Shown here one piece after another: positions 48,849 through 61,726 of a stretch of 64,000 nucleotides of DNA. This stretch comes from Camelus ferus (lineage: Eukaryota). The notes under the pieces are model-generated. The model ran no database searches. It was not told where the DNA came from and worked only from the letters and a program-made list of their open reading frames with translations. Location: contig NC_045707.1 of NCBI RefSeq assembly GCF_009834535.1, positions 53,136,001 through 53,200,000 on the forward strand, written 5' to 3'. The translations under genes were made by a program, and so were the position numbers. The number at the start of each line of letters is the position of its first letter. Within the stretch, counting starts at the first letter, position 1.

Positions 48849-49809
48849 CCCAAATCTTGGACGCCCGCAAGGACACACTACAGTCACCAACGGCTTTAAT
48901 ACAGGCCTCCCTTTGTCAGGTGTCCCTGCCCCACAGGGGGCTGGGCCAAGGAGGGGTCGAGGGACAGCATCATGTCCCTTTTTGGGGACTGCAGTCACGT
49001 CAATGAAAGGTGCTCCAAAGACAGCCCAGCACGGTGTCACCTGAGCCAGCTCCGTGGCCCAGGGTCTCAGTGAGGCTCAGCCAGGAGCACCAGAGACGGG
49101 GCACTTCCACTTCTGGAGGGCGCAGCGGGCGTGCTTCTCCCCATTCCTCCTGGTAAGTGCGGCCCAAGCCCCGGACACCACGGAGCAAACGTCCGGAGGC
49201 TGGAGAGTGCGGAGGAGAGGCAGACGCTGGGGCCCTGGACGGGCAGTGGTGGTCAGTTTCTGGGTTTTCTGCTGATTCCTCATCCCAGACGTGGAGCTGA
49301 AGAGCCCAGAAACCCAGAAATACCCACAAGTACAGACCAAAATGCCCATCAACCCTGCAGTCTTAGCAAGAAGAAAACATTCAGGCAGTAACTGCTTCGT
49401 CACAGTCAAACACCACAGAACAACCTGGCCCCACTCCCTCCGAGGCCGGCAGCGCTGGACGGGGAGCCTGGACTTCCTCCCCGTCAGCTGGTAAGGAGCC
49501 TCCCTGCCCCCACAGCGTCAGTGGGGACGACCCAGAGAAACAGATTCCCACCCCCACCAGCAAGAAAGGAGCCCCTGCTTGGGCGTCAAGGCGAGCTGCG
49601 TGGGGACCTGGCCGCCCACCTCCACCTGGTGGCAACTAGGTGTCACCCCTGCCCCTGCCACAGGCGCATCAGGAACACCAGCTACAGGGACGGCTAAGGA
49701 AGACCCAGAGCCTCGTGACACGACAGGACCTGTTCAGGTTTCACGAGCAACTCACTCGTCACACCAGGAGCCGGGGAGCTCGCCAGCGAAGGAGGGAAAG
49801 GCCAGCAGG

Positions 49810-50725
49810 CGGGGCCGACACTGAGATAAAGGACGTTAGAATCACCTGACAACGTTTCAAAGAAGCCGCGAGAGAATGCTTCAGCGAGCAATTAAAAGCA
49901 CACTTGAAACAAATGAAAAACCGAAAGCCCTAACAAAAGACAGAAAATATAGAGAACCAAATGCAAGCGTTACGGCTGAAAAATGCAGGAATCAAGATTA
50001 AAAGCAGACAAGCTCACTGGCAGAAGAGAGGCAGAGGAAGGAGTCAGTGAGCTGGATCTCAGACTGGAAGTGACCCGTCTGAACGAGAGAACACAGACTA
50101 AACACACAGAGCCCCCGGGGCCTCTGGGCTATCACAGAAGATCTCCCCGTGTCACCAAGTCCCAGAAGGAGGGGGGTGGGTGGGCCCAGATAAAGGAACA
50201 ATGGCTGAAACTTCCCAAACCTGGAAAGAGTGAGGCCTACAGAGTCAAGAAGCTCAGAAAATACTGAAGAGGATAAACCCCACAAAATCCAGATCAAGAC
50301 ACACCATAAACTTCTGGAAACTAAAGACAAAGCAGTCTTGAGCAGCCGGAGGAAACGCCCCTTCTCTGCAGGGTAGCGGCTAGAACAGCTGTGGGTGCCC
50401 ATCAGGGGCCGGGCGCCATCCAGGGGGGTACGGTCCCCGTGCCTAACAGCCCAGAGATGACGAAATTAGAGAAAGCAAGAGTGGACTGGGGCTGCCAGGC
50501 GCCAAGGACAGGGTGTGGGGCTTGAAAAGCCAACAGGGCTCCTGTGGGGACAGGACGGCTGTCTTCACTGGGTCAGTGGCAATGTCCCAGTTGTGACTTT
50601 AAGGGACGGTTTGGCAGGTTACCCCCGGGAGAAACCGGGTTACGGGCCCAGGACCCTCCGTATTCTCGCTTCATCCCACGTGTGAATCAACAATGATCTT
50701 GAAGTCACAGGCTTAAGTAAAAACT
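49810..50725 (+). mobile_element. Old L1M fragments (ORF1-region remnant and 3' UTR remnant) in EDAR intron 11
   Basis: ataaaggaacaatggctgaaacttcccaaacctgg...acagagtcaagaagctcag...cataaacttctggaaactaaagacaaag; 3' part gtgtgaatcaacaatgatcttgaa. Confidence 0.55.
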
Positions 50726-50825
50726 AAACAAAGGACCCTGACACCTGGCACTCACTGCAGATGGGCCGCATCAGGACCTGGGGGCAGGAGGGGGCGGTGG
50801 GCAGAGGTAGTGGGATAACGTCCAC

Positions 50826-50874
50826 CCAGGGCCGGGCTCTGCGGGTCCAGGGCCGGGCTCTGCGGGTCCAGGGC
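50826..50874 (+). repeat. 21-bp tandem repeat, ~2.3 copies
   Basis: CCAGGGCCGGGCTCTGCGGGT x2 then CCAGGGC. Confidence 0.85.
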
Positions 50875-51843
50875 TCTCGGCCTCGGCCGGGCAAGGGGCT
50901 GTGCGTCGCTGGGGGTGTGCGCCCGCCCTGGGCGGCGGGAGGGGGCTGAGCGCCCAGGGCTCCACCCTCCCTATCTTGCTGCAGGGCCTCCTCTTCCCTG
51001 TGAGGATCTGAAATTAATTTGAAAACCACTGGGCCAGGGGTGTGGGCTCTTGAAGCCAAGGCACCCGCTGGAACAAAGACCTGCTTTGACCGCAGTGGAG
51101 TACAAAGTACAGACCGTGCTCGCGGGCGCGGGCAGACCCGCCAACCCGCACAGGAGTCGTTGTGGACAGAGGCCCCGTCCCTGCAGGCGGCCGAGCAGCG
51201 TTCTCAGCCCCTGGAATCATCCCTAGTGGTCACTCCGGGCCCACACAGCACCCACCCACGAGGCTGCCTGGGCTCAGGGTGCTGGGCACAGCCCTCAGCA
51301 GAGAAAGGGGCGGGCACCCGGCTCCCTGGCTGCTGCCTGGGCCAGATGGGGACCAGAGCCCAGCAGCCAACAAAGCTTGGGGGGGGTCCCCTAACCTCCA
51401 CGACCAGTGTTCTCACTCTCCTGGGTGCGTGAGAAGGCAGCTGAGGGTCTGGATTTGGAAGAAACTGGGAATGTGGCTTCTGCTTCTGATGGAGACGTCC
51501 ACACTCCTCAGCTGGCCGTCCTTCCCTGCCCATCCCTAGCCGTGGTGACCGTCGGAGAAGAAGGAGGGCAGGGCTGCTGATCTTTGCATCGAAGCCTCAA
51601 GGCGACGGTGCTGATGCAGAGAGCGCATTGTGCAGGATGCGCTCCTGTGCCCCGAGCACCGGCCTCCTTGACCCCTGGCTCTAGTGTGTCCTGCCTCGTC
51701 CCCAGAGGAGGAAACGTGTTGAAATTGCTCCTCACCTCCAGTTTGTCTCCCCGCTCCCGGGCACCAGGCTCCGTCAGAGTGCCCTCACGGGGATGTCTGA
51801 GGGTCCCTGCGAGCTCAGTGCCTGGTGCGGGGGCTCCGCTTAC

Positions 51844-51904
51844 CTTCCGCGACCCCGCACACCTGGGCGTACACCTCCAGTATCTTCTTCCTTCTACTCT
51901 GAAT
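51844..51904 (-). CDS. EDAR: EDAR exon 11
   Basis: cttgtAG|ATT...GAA G|GTaagc; 61 nt; IQSRRKKILEVYAQVCGVAE(G). Confidence 0.94.
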
Positions 51905-52620
51905 CTACAAGAGGAAGAGAATGTTACTGCTCAGAGAAGGCAGAAATGCAGCAAACAAGGGCCCCATCCTGCATCTCGGTGGGCAGACGGCTGCTTCCTG
52001 GCCAGAGACGCCGAGCCATGCGCTCACAGGGGCTCTGTCAGATTTACAAAGGAAGCCTTCTGCTTGGGCCGCTCGGTGCCCACGGGGCTCCGCTGGACAC
52101 AGACCCACAGGACAACCCAAGGCCTCGTCTGGCATCGGTCTGTGTGGAAGGAGGGACCTGGGGACCCTGGCTCGCCGGCAGGCAGCTGGGATACTCAGCA
52201 GCCAGGACGCGGTATGTCTGTCGGGACCGGGCCGCGGCCAGATCCCTGTGGGGCCTTTTCACCACGGGCGACGGTGCCCGGGCAGAGCTGACGGGCTGTC
52301 CCATCCCCCGTGGCCCCTGTGCGGCCCCTGGCCTACTCCCGCTCCCGTTTCCGGGGGAGCAGACACGTGTGTGCCCGCATGCGTGATTCTTGTCTGGTAG
52401 GACACATGCCAGCATGTTCACAAAGGGTTTCCTGTCCTGGGCTACTCCAAGCCATTTAAACCTTCTCCTGAAGTGTTCGTTTCCCTTTTCTTCTGTAAAG
52501 CTGTGTAATAGGAGAGCTGGGTTTTGTGTTTTCAGGGTCTGGAACCTGTTGCCTGGCTGGGCTCGTGGGAGAGGCCCTATCTCAGCGGGGAGGTGGGGCC
52601 AGACTGGGGTGCGGGCTCAC

Positions 52621-52780
52621 CCCGGCCGCTCTGGTGGCGGTGGCCGACTTCTCCCGGGCCAGGTGGACCAGTGACAGCAAGCACCGCTCTGGAGAGCCCT
52701 GCCCGTCGGGGGCCGGGTCCTCGTCGCTGTCCAGACTCCGGTTCAGCAGCTGCTCCTTCTCTGATGAGGCGTCATTCTCG
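52621..52780 (-). CDS. EDAR: EDAR exon 10
   Basis: ttccacAG|C GAG...GGG|GTgagc; 160 nt; [53 protein letters not shown]. Confidence 0.94.
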
Positions 52781-53749
52781 CTGTGGAAACAGGATGCTGG
52801 TGACCCTCCTGGCTGGACAGCCTAACCCACTGCCCCAGTGGTGGAGACAGTGGGTGCAGGGACCTGCCCCCGCTTGACCGGGCAGCTCCGGGCCCTGGGC
52901 ACAAGGCGGAGAAACACCCACTCTCTGGGGCCCAATGCTGCATGCGAGGGTCCCGAGGTGGCCAGGAGCTCCTCAGCCGCGGGGCCACCAGGGCATGGGC
53001 ACAGCCTCTGCTCTCTCCTCACCCCTCCTGGCCTCTAGCTCACCCCTGTGTCTCCACGGGGCCAGCACTGGGTCCCTGAAGATCTCAGGAGTGAACAGAG
53101 CCTGTGCTTGGGGGGCCCTCTGACAGTGGAGGGTCGGGGGCTGGAGTGGGGGCCTGCTGAAATGTGTACGTCTGGGGGAGGGGCCATAGCTGCCTGGCAA
53201 GGGGCTTTGGGACGTCCCTCGGGGGGCAGGAGGGCTCACGTCACACCCTGGCTCCCTGCCTGGGCCAGAGCCCTAGGCACACGTGGGTTGGTGCTTAAAC
53301 TTTCAAAATCATTCCAAATGTATGAAAAACAACGTTCTTTTTTTATAGGCATCCTACTCGCTTCCTGTGGTTTGGCTGAAGACTAATTTAAAAACAAAGA
53401 ATTATATTTGCTAGCAACTGGGTTACAGAAGTGAAGCCCATTCCCGCCCAATGTCCTCTGGAGGCAGAGGATGCAGAGCAAACAAGCCAGGAGGTTTCAG
53501 GGTCCTGACGCTGTCCCTCCTGAGAGCAGCCTTGGGGCAGACGCCCCGCACTTCACTGCCCCCCACCCCCACCCCCGGACCACCACCCCTCGCACCGCAG
53601 CCCTGCTGCTCCCCCAGGGCACCCGGCACAGCCTCCAGGTCACTCACCACGCCGCAGCCCAGCTCCCTGTCCTGCTTGGACCCCCAGGAACCCTGCCTTC
53701 AGTGGGCCTGGGACCTGCCTTGCCTGGCTAGGGCTGATGCCGGACTCAC

Positions 53750-53822
53750 CTCTTGGCAGACTTTGCCGGAGCAGCTGTCAGCTTTTCGAATTCATCCTTC
53801 TCAGAGAAAATCACCACATTTT
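53750..53822 (-). CDS. EDAR: EDAR exon 9
   Basis: ttccacAG|AA AAT...AAG AG|GTgagt; 73 nt; (E)NVVIFSEKDEFEKLTAAPAKSAK(S). Confidence 0.94.
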
Positions 53823-54075
53823 CTGTGGAAATAAGGGATGGGAGGGGAAGGTGTCAAAGTCTGGCCCCGCCGGCCTCCTCAGGGGCAGACGTGCCCGGGA
53901 CTCTCCTCAGCCTCAGACCCCACGGAGTGGGTGCACCCACCCCCCTCCCTCGGCCTCCCCCCCCCCCCCCCGCAGCTGCGTGAGAGCTGGGGCTGTTGGA
54001 GGCCAGGTGCGGGCAGCGGCCGGAGGGGCAGACAACCTCCCGGGGACAGGCCCGCACTCCAGGGCTGCTGCCGAC

Positions 54076-54150
54076 CTGGGGCCTCTTTCTTCTCCTCTTC
54101 CTCGCACATGGGGGCTTCCGCGCTCTTCACAGGGGGGCTGGCGCAGCAGG
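54076..54150 (-). CDS. EDAR: EDAR exon 8
   Basis: aaccAG|CC TGC...CCA G|GTcggc; 75 nt; (A)[24 protein letters not shown]. Confidence 0.9.
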
Positions 54151-54230
54151 CTGGTTGGGAGAGAGAAGGGTGTGAGCAGGCAGCACGGGCCGTGGGGCCC
54201 AGGCGAGCGTGGGCGACGGGCAGCGGGCAC

Positions 54231-54356
54231 CTGGGGCGGGAGGCCGGGCCTTCACGATGTAGAAGACGATGATGAGGACGATGCTGACGGCCATGGTGAA
54301 GATGGTGGACATGGCGATGACCAGGGCCGTGGCCAGGTGTCCTTGGCCCGAGAGCT
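54231..54356 (-). CDS. EDAR: EDAR exon 7 (transmembrane helix)
   Basis: cagcAG|AG CTC...CCA G|GTgccc; 126 nt; (E)[41 protein letters not shown]. Confidence 0.95.
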
Positions 54357-55592
54357 CTGCTGTGTCAGGAGACAAGGCCACGCCCGGGGCTCAGGGCCCT
54401 CCTGCGAGACCACGGCCAAGAGCGGCGGTCCTGCCGCTGGACCCTCCCGGACCCTCCCGGACCCTCAGGATGCAGATCGCGAGCCCTGAAGCCCGTGCTG
54501 GGCGGCAGCGGCTCCCACCCCCCGGGGAGTTTGCTCCCAGGACGTCTGCTCTGGGTTCTGCTGCCTCGGGGACCCAGGCAGGTAGGTGTGGAGAGGAGGG
54601 GCCCACAAACAAAACTGTCCTGAAGACAGGGCAAGACAAAATTTTCCAGGAAAATCTCAGGAAGGAAGGATCACCTGCGAGTGTGTCTCATGTCACCTCA
54701 GCCTCAGCGTGACCAGCGCCGGCAGAGCTGGCGTGAGACCCCCGCCCAAGTCCCCCCAGGGACGTCTGCTGTGATCTGTCCTAATCCTCCAAGGGAGCCA
54801 CGGGGACCCGGCTCCCCTGCAGCAGGATCCAGGTCACCCCATCAGATGGGAAGGAGACGCGTCCCAGTCCCTGGGCCCTGGACCCCCGCCCGGAGGGAGG
54901 CTGCCCAGGGCTGGCACCAGGCGCTGCCTGCCCTCTGGGTGGGGGTGGCCCATCTACGTGTCGCCCTTTCCTCCGGGCTGGTGCCAACCCCCCCCCCTCC
55001 CCGGTCCATGTGCTCAGCTAAGCCTTCCTGCCCTGATGCTCTGGCCACTGTGCGCATGGGTCTGGAACACTGCCGGGCTGGGAGACTGAGTGCACCCCGG
55101 GACCCAGGAGGGGCTGGAGCCTGGGCCCTGGGCCCTGAACGTGCTCAGACCCCGGTGGCGTGGAAAAGCACGTGGGAAGGAGGCCTCAGTGCCCGGTCTT
55201 GTCTTGGGAGAAGCCGCGGCCTGGGGGCCCCCACAGCTCCCTCCCTAAGGCCTTAGGGAGCCAAGTGCGGTTACTGGATACAAACAGTGAAGTCTGGTCA
55301 GCAGGTTGTCTGGAAGCCAGGAGGGCATCCCTGACGTGAGGCCCAGCGGCCTAGGAGGCTGGTCTCTGCTCACACCCTGATCACCAACATGGTCCTAGGG
55401 CCCGACACCCCCGGGGGCACGCACACCTCTCCTTGCAGAGAACACCCTAACTTCCAGGAACTGGGGGCCCCACGTGGTTGTCACTGAGGGGAGAGGTCTG
55501 AGGTGGGGGCGACTCCGTCTTACTTATTTCCTCCCGTCTCCTCCTGACTGTCCTCACCCCCAGGTTCCCTCCCCAAGGAGCCTGCGCCCTAC

Positions 55593-55679
55593 CTTTGTGG
55601 GCGTGCTGGGCCGGGGAGAGGGTGCTGCCGCCAGGTGTGCGGGGGAGGTTGGCAGAAACTCCCACGGTGGCTCCCACAC
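55593..55679 (-). CDS. EDAR: EDAR exon 6 (stalk)
   Basis: cttgcAG|GT GTG...AAA G|GTaggg; 87 nt; (C)VGATVGVSANLPRTPGGSTLSPAQHAHK. Confidence 0.93.
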
Positions 55680-57870
55680 CTGCAAGGACAACGGTCACCG
55701 TGGGTCCCTCAGAGGGCCCGGGAAGCCCCACCCGCAGAGCTGGGGACAGGGCCACGGGGCGTGTGGTAACCCCGCAGAGGCTCCTGGGGTCGTCACTGAG
55801 CGTCACTGCTCAGTGTGGACAGACTCACAACTCAGCCTCCTACGACACGAAGGATTTGCATCTGCATGTGAAAATATGTTTTGGGGGGAAACGCTGGAAT
55901 AATTCTTTCAATTGCATCGAACAGGAATGTATTTTTCATACTTTTTCTGGCTATAAAGTAATGCACACTCACTCTTGAAAATCTGGAAGAAACCAGAACA
56001 TGAGAGAAGTAAAAGAGCTGCCCGCAGCCTCACTGCCTAAAGGTGACACTTTGATGTGTTTTCCTCTAGGATTTTGCCTCTGATACGTTTTCAAAATGGT
56101 TGTGACTGAACTGTCAAAGAGCAGAAACATGCTTCCTTCCCTCAGAACCGCGACTCACGAAGCTCTGCCCCCTTGTGGGAAGCATCGCTTGGCAGGGACG
56201 ACGCAGAGGCTGATTTTGTGGTCGGGCGAGTCACTAGGGGACTGTTGTGTTAAAATGCCCTGGTGTGGACCTTCCTTTAGGCTGGGCTTGAGGTCTGCAA
56301 TTAGTAAAGAGAATCTTGTTTTAAAGAAGTTTCCTTCTCTCTCACTTCTGTCTCTCCCGGGTTCGGAGTCATTCGTGGGTTTGCCTGTGGAAAGGTGATC
56401 AGACTCCATGTCCACCAGGACCCTGGCAGCCCCTGCGGGGCGTCCAAGGGGAATGAATTTCTAAATTACATCTCAGGGCTGCTCGGGACAGCAACACAGC
56501 TGATGGACAGGGGACGTCTGGCTGAACTGTCCACATATCCAGCAAGCAGAGGAGGTCACAGGAGGGCGGGCCAGAAACCCTGATCCCTTGCCTTTTAAAA
56601 CCAGAAAACTTCACAGAGGAGGAGGGTGGAGGCTGGAAGGGATGGGCAGGCGGGGGACTGGCCCCGAGTGACAGCAGTGCCGTTAGTTAGGGCTTGAACT
56701 GTCCCCAGAGGCAGCACACGCTCCCCGATGCATACCCCCAGGCAGCCTTCCTTGCCCTGAAGAGCCCGCCGCCAGCTGGCCAGGTGTCCCAGGGCCAGAG
56801 GTGTCTCTGCTGGAGGTTTTCGGCTCCTGGGCCTTCACCCCGCCAAGCTCCTGGCCTTTGTCCTTTGCCATATCTGTCTCTGGCAGGGTTGCCATCCAGA
56901 CAACCGCACACGCTGGGGCGCCTCTTCCCTGCGCCGGGCACACGCGTGGTTCCCGCTTCTCTCCTGCTCTGTCCTCGACCGACCGCTGGCCTTTGGGTTA
57001 GGTCTTAGCTCCCCCACCAAGGGGGTGGGACCAAGGGACGTGGTGGCCGCAGTGGGGACCCCAGAGCTGACCTGCCAAACAGCCCCGAGCCCACGTGGGG
57101 GGACTTCTCTCAGCAAGGCGGGTGAGGGGACAGGAAGCAGGAAGGGTGGGGGTGGAGGGACGCATGGAAGGTCTCTCCTCCCCCCCGGGCCGGCTCCTGA
57201 GTGCAGCGCTGCTGGCGTCCAGAGCTTACAGGGATGTCCCCTGCCTTTCTGGAGAGCAGTAACTCCCCCCACCCCAAATCTACACACATCTCGTAATTTA
57301 TGAGATTTCAATGGGATCGAGTTGATTTCGCCTTCTCATCCTGGCCAGGGAGGGGGAGGGGAACACGGGGCCAGCTCCAAGCACAACTGATTTCCCTTCA
57401 AAAGCAAATGGGCTGTTGGGAAGAGACCATGTGTTTGTTTGTAAGGGGCTCAAGGCAGCCAAATACCTGGAGGCGCTGCATGTGGGTGTTTGTGTCTCTG
57501 TCTGTTCCCGTCCCTCTTGGTGGGGACTTGCTGGCTGAGGCTGGTGAGGTACTTGGGGACACAAACACGCCCAGGCCTGTGGTCCAGAGAGGGACACCCA
57601 GAGCAGCCAGCCACCAGACTTACAACACGCCCTTGCACCCGCCAGGCGGGGCTGGCACACAGCAACCACATTCTCCTGCCCCTGCAGGCACTCCGCCAGG
57701 GCCAGGTGCCAAGCTAGGCCTCTGCCCCAGTTCACCACACACCCCGGTGGCCTCCAGCTGGTGGCGCCTGGATAGCCCTGGGCTCCTTGCTGATCCCTGA
57801 GCAGATTAGACAAACGATCTGTTCTGAGCACGTCCTAGGGGCCCGGGTTGCCGCATGGACAGTGGGACAT

Positions 57871-57990
57871 CCTCAGGGCCGCCCCACTGGGACCCTGCAC
57901 CCTCAGAGCTGCCCCGCCAGGACCCTGCTCCCTCAGGACCACCCTGCCAGGGCGCTGCTCCCTCAGGACAGCCCCGCAGGGACCCTGCAC
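57871..57990 (+). repeat. 30-bp minisatellite, 4 degenerate copies, EDAR intron 5
   Basis: Units begin CCTCAG at 57871, 57901, 57931, 57961 and end CTGCAC/CTGCTC. Confidence 0.9.
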
Positions 57991-59474
57991 AGCCCGAGTT
58001 CTGTCCCAGGCTCTGCTCTGGTCCCCTGAGGACTAACTCAGCACCAACGCTGGTTTTGGTGTCTGAGGTTTCCCTCCAGGATGGGTGTCCTGGCGTGGAT
58101 CCTGCGATGAGAATGCCCCTCAGGGTTGGGTGTTGGCTCCCACACGAGGCCTGTCTTCAAAGGAGAGCAAGTGGGTCTGGCTGTGCTGAGTCGAAGAGCG
58201 GGCTCTGCCCAGGGAACATCCCTCATCCTCTGGGGGCTCTGAGGACCAAGCTCACAGCCCGCATGACTGCACCGCGACTCCAGGTGACAGCAGGCGCTCC
58301 TGGGGCCCTCGCTCTGTTCATCACACCAGCTGTGGCTATGCTGGTCTGGATCAGTCTGGCTGGGACCCCCTACCCTGATTTAGGGAGAGATTCACGGAGT
58401 CACCCATCTGTAAGGCTGCCACAGTGGTGCCCCTGGTGCGGAGGCTGGGCAAAGCCCTAGGGCCTTGGCTGTCTCAGCGGGGATGCGCTCTGACCCCGGA
58501 CCTGGGGCCAGCTCAGTGTGGACAGGAGCACCTGCCAGTCAAGATGCTCCATGTGAGAGACAGCTGGGGCTCGGCCTCCGGGGGCCAAGGCTTCCCGTTC
58601 CAGCAACACCGCGGCTGGGCCTCTCATGACGGCATCTGGATAGATGAGCTGGCGCTCCCGGACTTGGCTCTGGGCCATGGCCCCTGACGCGGGATGAGAG
58701 AATGATGGCGGCAATGGAAGAATTGCTGGGTGCCGGCCGGGTGCCCATCCTTGACCCCAGGTCCCGCGAGGAGGGATTCCTTCTGCCGCAAGCCGTCCTG
58801 CTCAGGATGGCTGGAGGCCAGCAGGCAGTGCTCGTCTTCAGAGCCACGGGCCAGGCCTGGACTGGTTGCCTCCTGCACCTTTGTCCCCGCAAAAGTGGAC
58901 AGCAGGCGACCCACTTATAGATGGGGAAGCTGGGGCCCACAGCCAAGGAACTTCCTGAGAGTGGAAACACGTCACGAAGCCCAAATCGATGCCATGACCT
59001 TTCTTCTGCCGCCTCTTGTCCTGACGATGCAGATTCCCAGATGGGTCCTCGGGATGGAGCAGGAGCGCAGTGGTCACGCCAGGTGGGCCCGCCCCTCGTC
59101 TGAGAAATGACCACCTGGTGTGGCCGTCCCTGGACGCGGCACTGGGGCCATGCTCGCTCGCTGCAGGCCTTCCTCCCGGAAGCTCTGCTGACAGTGGGGG
59201 GTCCACACAGGAGAGGAGGAGCTGAGGGCCCTGGGCGTCCCTGCGGCACCCCCACTCATACTCACACCACTTTGTGCTCTCAGGTTTCAAGTACTTTGGG
59301 CTCCTGTGTGTGTGTCAGGCCCACCAGGAGGACACAGAGGGACCAGGGGCCCGGCAGCCCTCACGGCTAGACGGGTATCTCACAGGCTGAGTCCACGTGT
59401 CCGTTTTGGGCCCCAAAACCAGCCCCGTGGCCACGTGTCATGGACACAGCCCCATCCCAGCCCCACAACAGCCT

Positions 59475-59545
59475 GTTTGGCAGGTGGGGAAACAGAGACG
59501 CCAGAGGTCAGGGGACTTGTCCAGGTTAAACAGGGACTAGACTCA
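59475..59545. mobile_element. MIR core remnant (similar remnants near 58910, 60240, 61390)
   Basis: ttggcaggtggggaaacagagacgccagaggtcaggggacttgtccaggtt resembles the MIR core ttacagatgaggaaactgaggctcagagaggttaagtgacttgcccaagg. Confidence 0.55.
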
Positions 59546-61597
59546 GAGCAGGCCCCTCACTGACCTAACTGTCCCCAGAGTGCGGTCCTGGCCCCCCAGC
59601 CACTGAGTCAGGGGTGGGCCCCGCCGTGTGTGATGCAGGCACGTCAGACTCTAATGAGGCGCCCGCCCCACTTCACGGCCACACAGAGAAGCCGCCTTCT
59701 TTAAAGACGGAAGCACAGGGGGAAGAGGTGAGCAGCCCAGGGCTCATGCCTGCAAGACGTCTCCCCAGCGGGGCCTCGCAGGGCATGCTCCAGCCCTGAG
59801 ATGTATACGTCCATGTCACGCCCCACTGGGGTCCGTGCTGAGAGCTGTGGACGTGGTCTGTACTGTCCACTGTTCAGTGACGCGGGACAGGCCCAGGTGA
59901 TCACATCCAACCAAAGGCAGCGTCCAGGGTGGAGGCAAGGGGGCCCTGGACCCCTGACCGTAGGCTCAGGGAGGGCAGAGCCAGGGCACAGGGCAGCCAG
60001 CCAGCGACTTCGGGGACCTGACCATTCCTGGCTTTCCCAGGGTGGGGCTGCCAGCAGCCTGGGAGCTGGTCACGGTCAGCCTTCCTCGCCCTCTCTGCTG
60101 ACTCTTGAGCAGGAGCCCCAGGTGACAGGTCAGTGCAGAGTGGGCTACAGGCCCAGAGGGGAGACCACACTTGAGACCCCAGCCCAGGCAGGCTCCACTC
60201 ACCACGGCAGCCTATGAGGCCTCGCTAGAGGCATCTCCCCATTTTCCAGGCAGGCAAACAGGTCAGGTGACATTCAAGGTCACGCAGCAGGACTCCCAGT
60301 CCCCTGACTCTCAGTTTCGCTTCCTTGCTGGCCTCCTTTAGGCCTGGGTCCTGCAAACCCACGAGGGCCCGGGCAGCAGGCTGCTCTTCAGATCAGCAGT
60401 CATTTAGGGCCTGGGGTTCAGGGACTTTGCTGTCTTCCCCCATGTGATGGGCCTCCCTGGAGGGGAGGACAGTTGTTCCTTCCCGGGCTTAGAGCTCTCC
60501 GGCTGCTGCGTGGCCAGAGGGGTCCCGGGACTCGACAAGGTCACATGAAGGCCCATGGGGAAGGGCTGCCTGTTTCGCAGGGTCCACAGCAAAGAACTTT
60601 TTCCAGTAGGTGGTGAGTGTCCACCATCTCCCCAGCCGGGACTCACCCCAGAGCTCTCTGGGACTGAACTGTCCAGATTCCCCAGCAGCAGCCGGCAGCA
60701 GTGGCAGCAGCCCGGGGCCTCGTGTGATTTGTGGATTAATTAGTGTCTGGCTGGGCAGGGAAGCTCAGCTCCAAAGACTCGCAAACCATCTCACCTACAC
60801 CAGGACTTTGGGAGGGAGGGGACGGCCCTCCTCTGGGCAGCCCCGCCCCGCCCAAACCACCTCCTCTGGCTGACCCGAAGGGGAGGGGAGGTGGGCTGCC
60901 TCCTCCTGGTGCCCTGAGGGGGAGGCCCTTGTTCTAGTCTCTGCAGAAGTGGGGTGGGCAGGGCCCCTGTGGGTGCCCTTGAAGGCCCTGGGACGGGAAC
61001 AGGGCGCAGACACCCACTTCCCTCCCAGCCATCCAGCCGTCCGTCCGGCCCACTTCACTAGGGTCTCTCCCAATTGCAGACCCCACGGGACACACGCTAC
61101 CTCCCCTGAGGCAGAGCCCCTGGCCCTCCATCATAAACGGACGCCCACGAGCAGTGAACCAGCATTGGACTAGGAAGGAGGCAGCCCCGGGCGGGACTCT
61201 AAACTCGAGACCCCCTGTGTCCTCAGGCGCTTCGTGCTCACCCCTATTTCCCTTGGCCTCATTGGGTTTAAAAACACGTGTGAGAACCTCCAGTTGCCTA
61301 GCGCCCTGCAGTACTTGGTAAAATACCTTGGCATCACGGGTATTTGCAACAGTCGCACGAGATGGATGGTTCAGATTTTAGTGGCTCCGCGTTACAGGTG
61401 AGAAAGCGGAGGCCCACAGGGGTCACGGGACTTGTCAAGGGACGGCACTGCCCTGAGCCTGCCTCATGGTTCCACCGCCGCAGAGCCCCTTCCCAGCCCC
61501 CAGCAGCATCTCTGCACCCTCACGGCCATGAGCTGGGCCAGTCAGGACAGGCACCAGAGCCGACACCGGCCCGCGGACACAGCACAGGGGCACTCAC

Positions 61598-61683
61598 ACT
61601 CCTTGGTGTGTGGCGGTGCCAGCAGGCAGGAGTAGCAGACCAGGCCGTAGATGTTCCTGGGCCGGTTTTCCATCATGTAGTAG
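61598..61683 (-). CDS. EDAR: EDAR exon 5 (end of cysteine-rich extracellular domain; exons 1-4 lie beyond the window)
   Basis: minus strand cccgcAG|C TAC...GAG T|GTgagt; 86 nt; [28 protein letters not shown](C). Confidence 0.95.
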
Positions 61684-61726
61684 CTGCGGGAGAGGAGGTG
61701 AGACAAAGCAGACAGGTGAGTGGGTG

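Noticed and set aside
53737..54489. 250-aa plus-strand ORF with an acidic DDDEDD stretch
   Set aside because: Antisense shadow of EDAR exons 7-9; the acidic run is the complement of the TM codons.
55950..56100. TCF/LEF motif CTTTGAT (~56049) in an AT-rich patch as an EDAR enhancer
   Set aside because: The surrounding sequence resembles an old L1M 3' remnant; a single motif is expected by chance.
57871..57990. CRISPR-like array
   Set aside because: Head-to-tail tandem units without unique spacers, in a mammalian intron.
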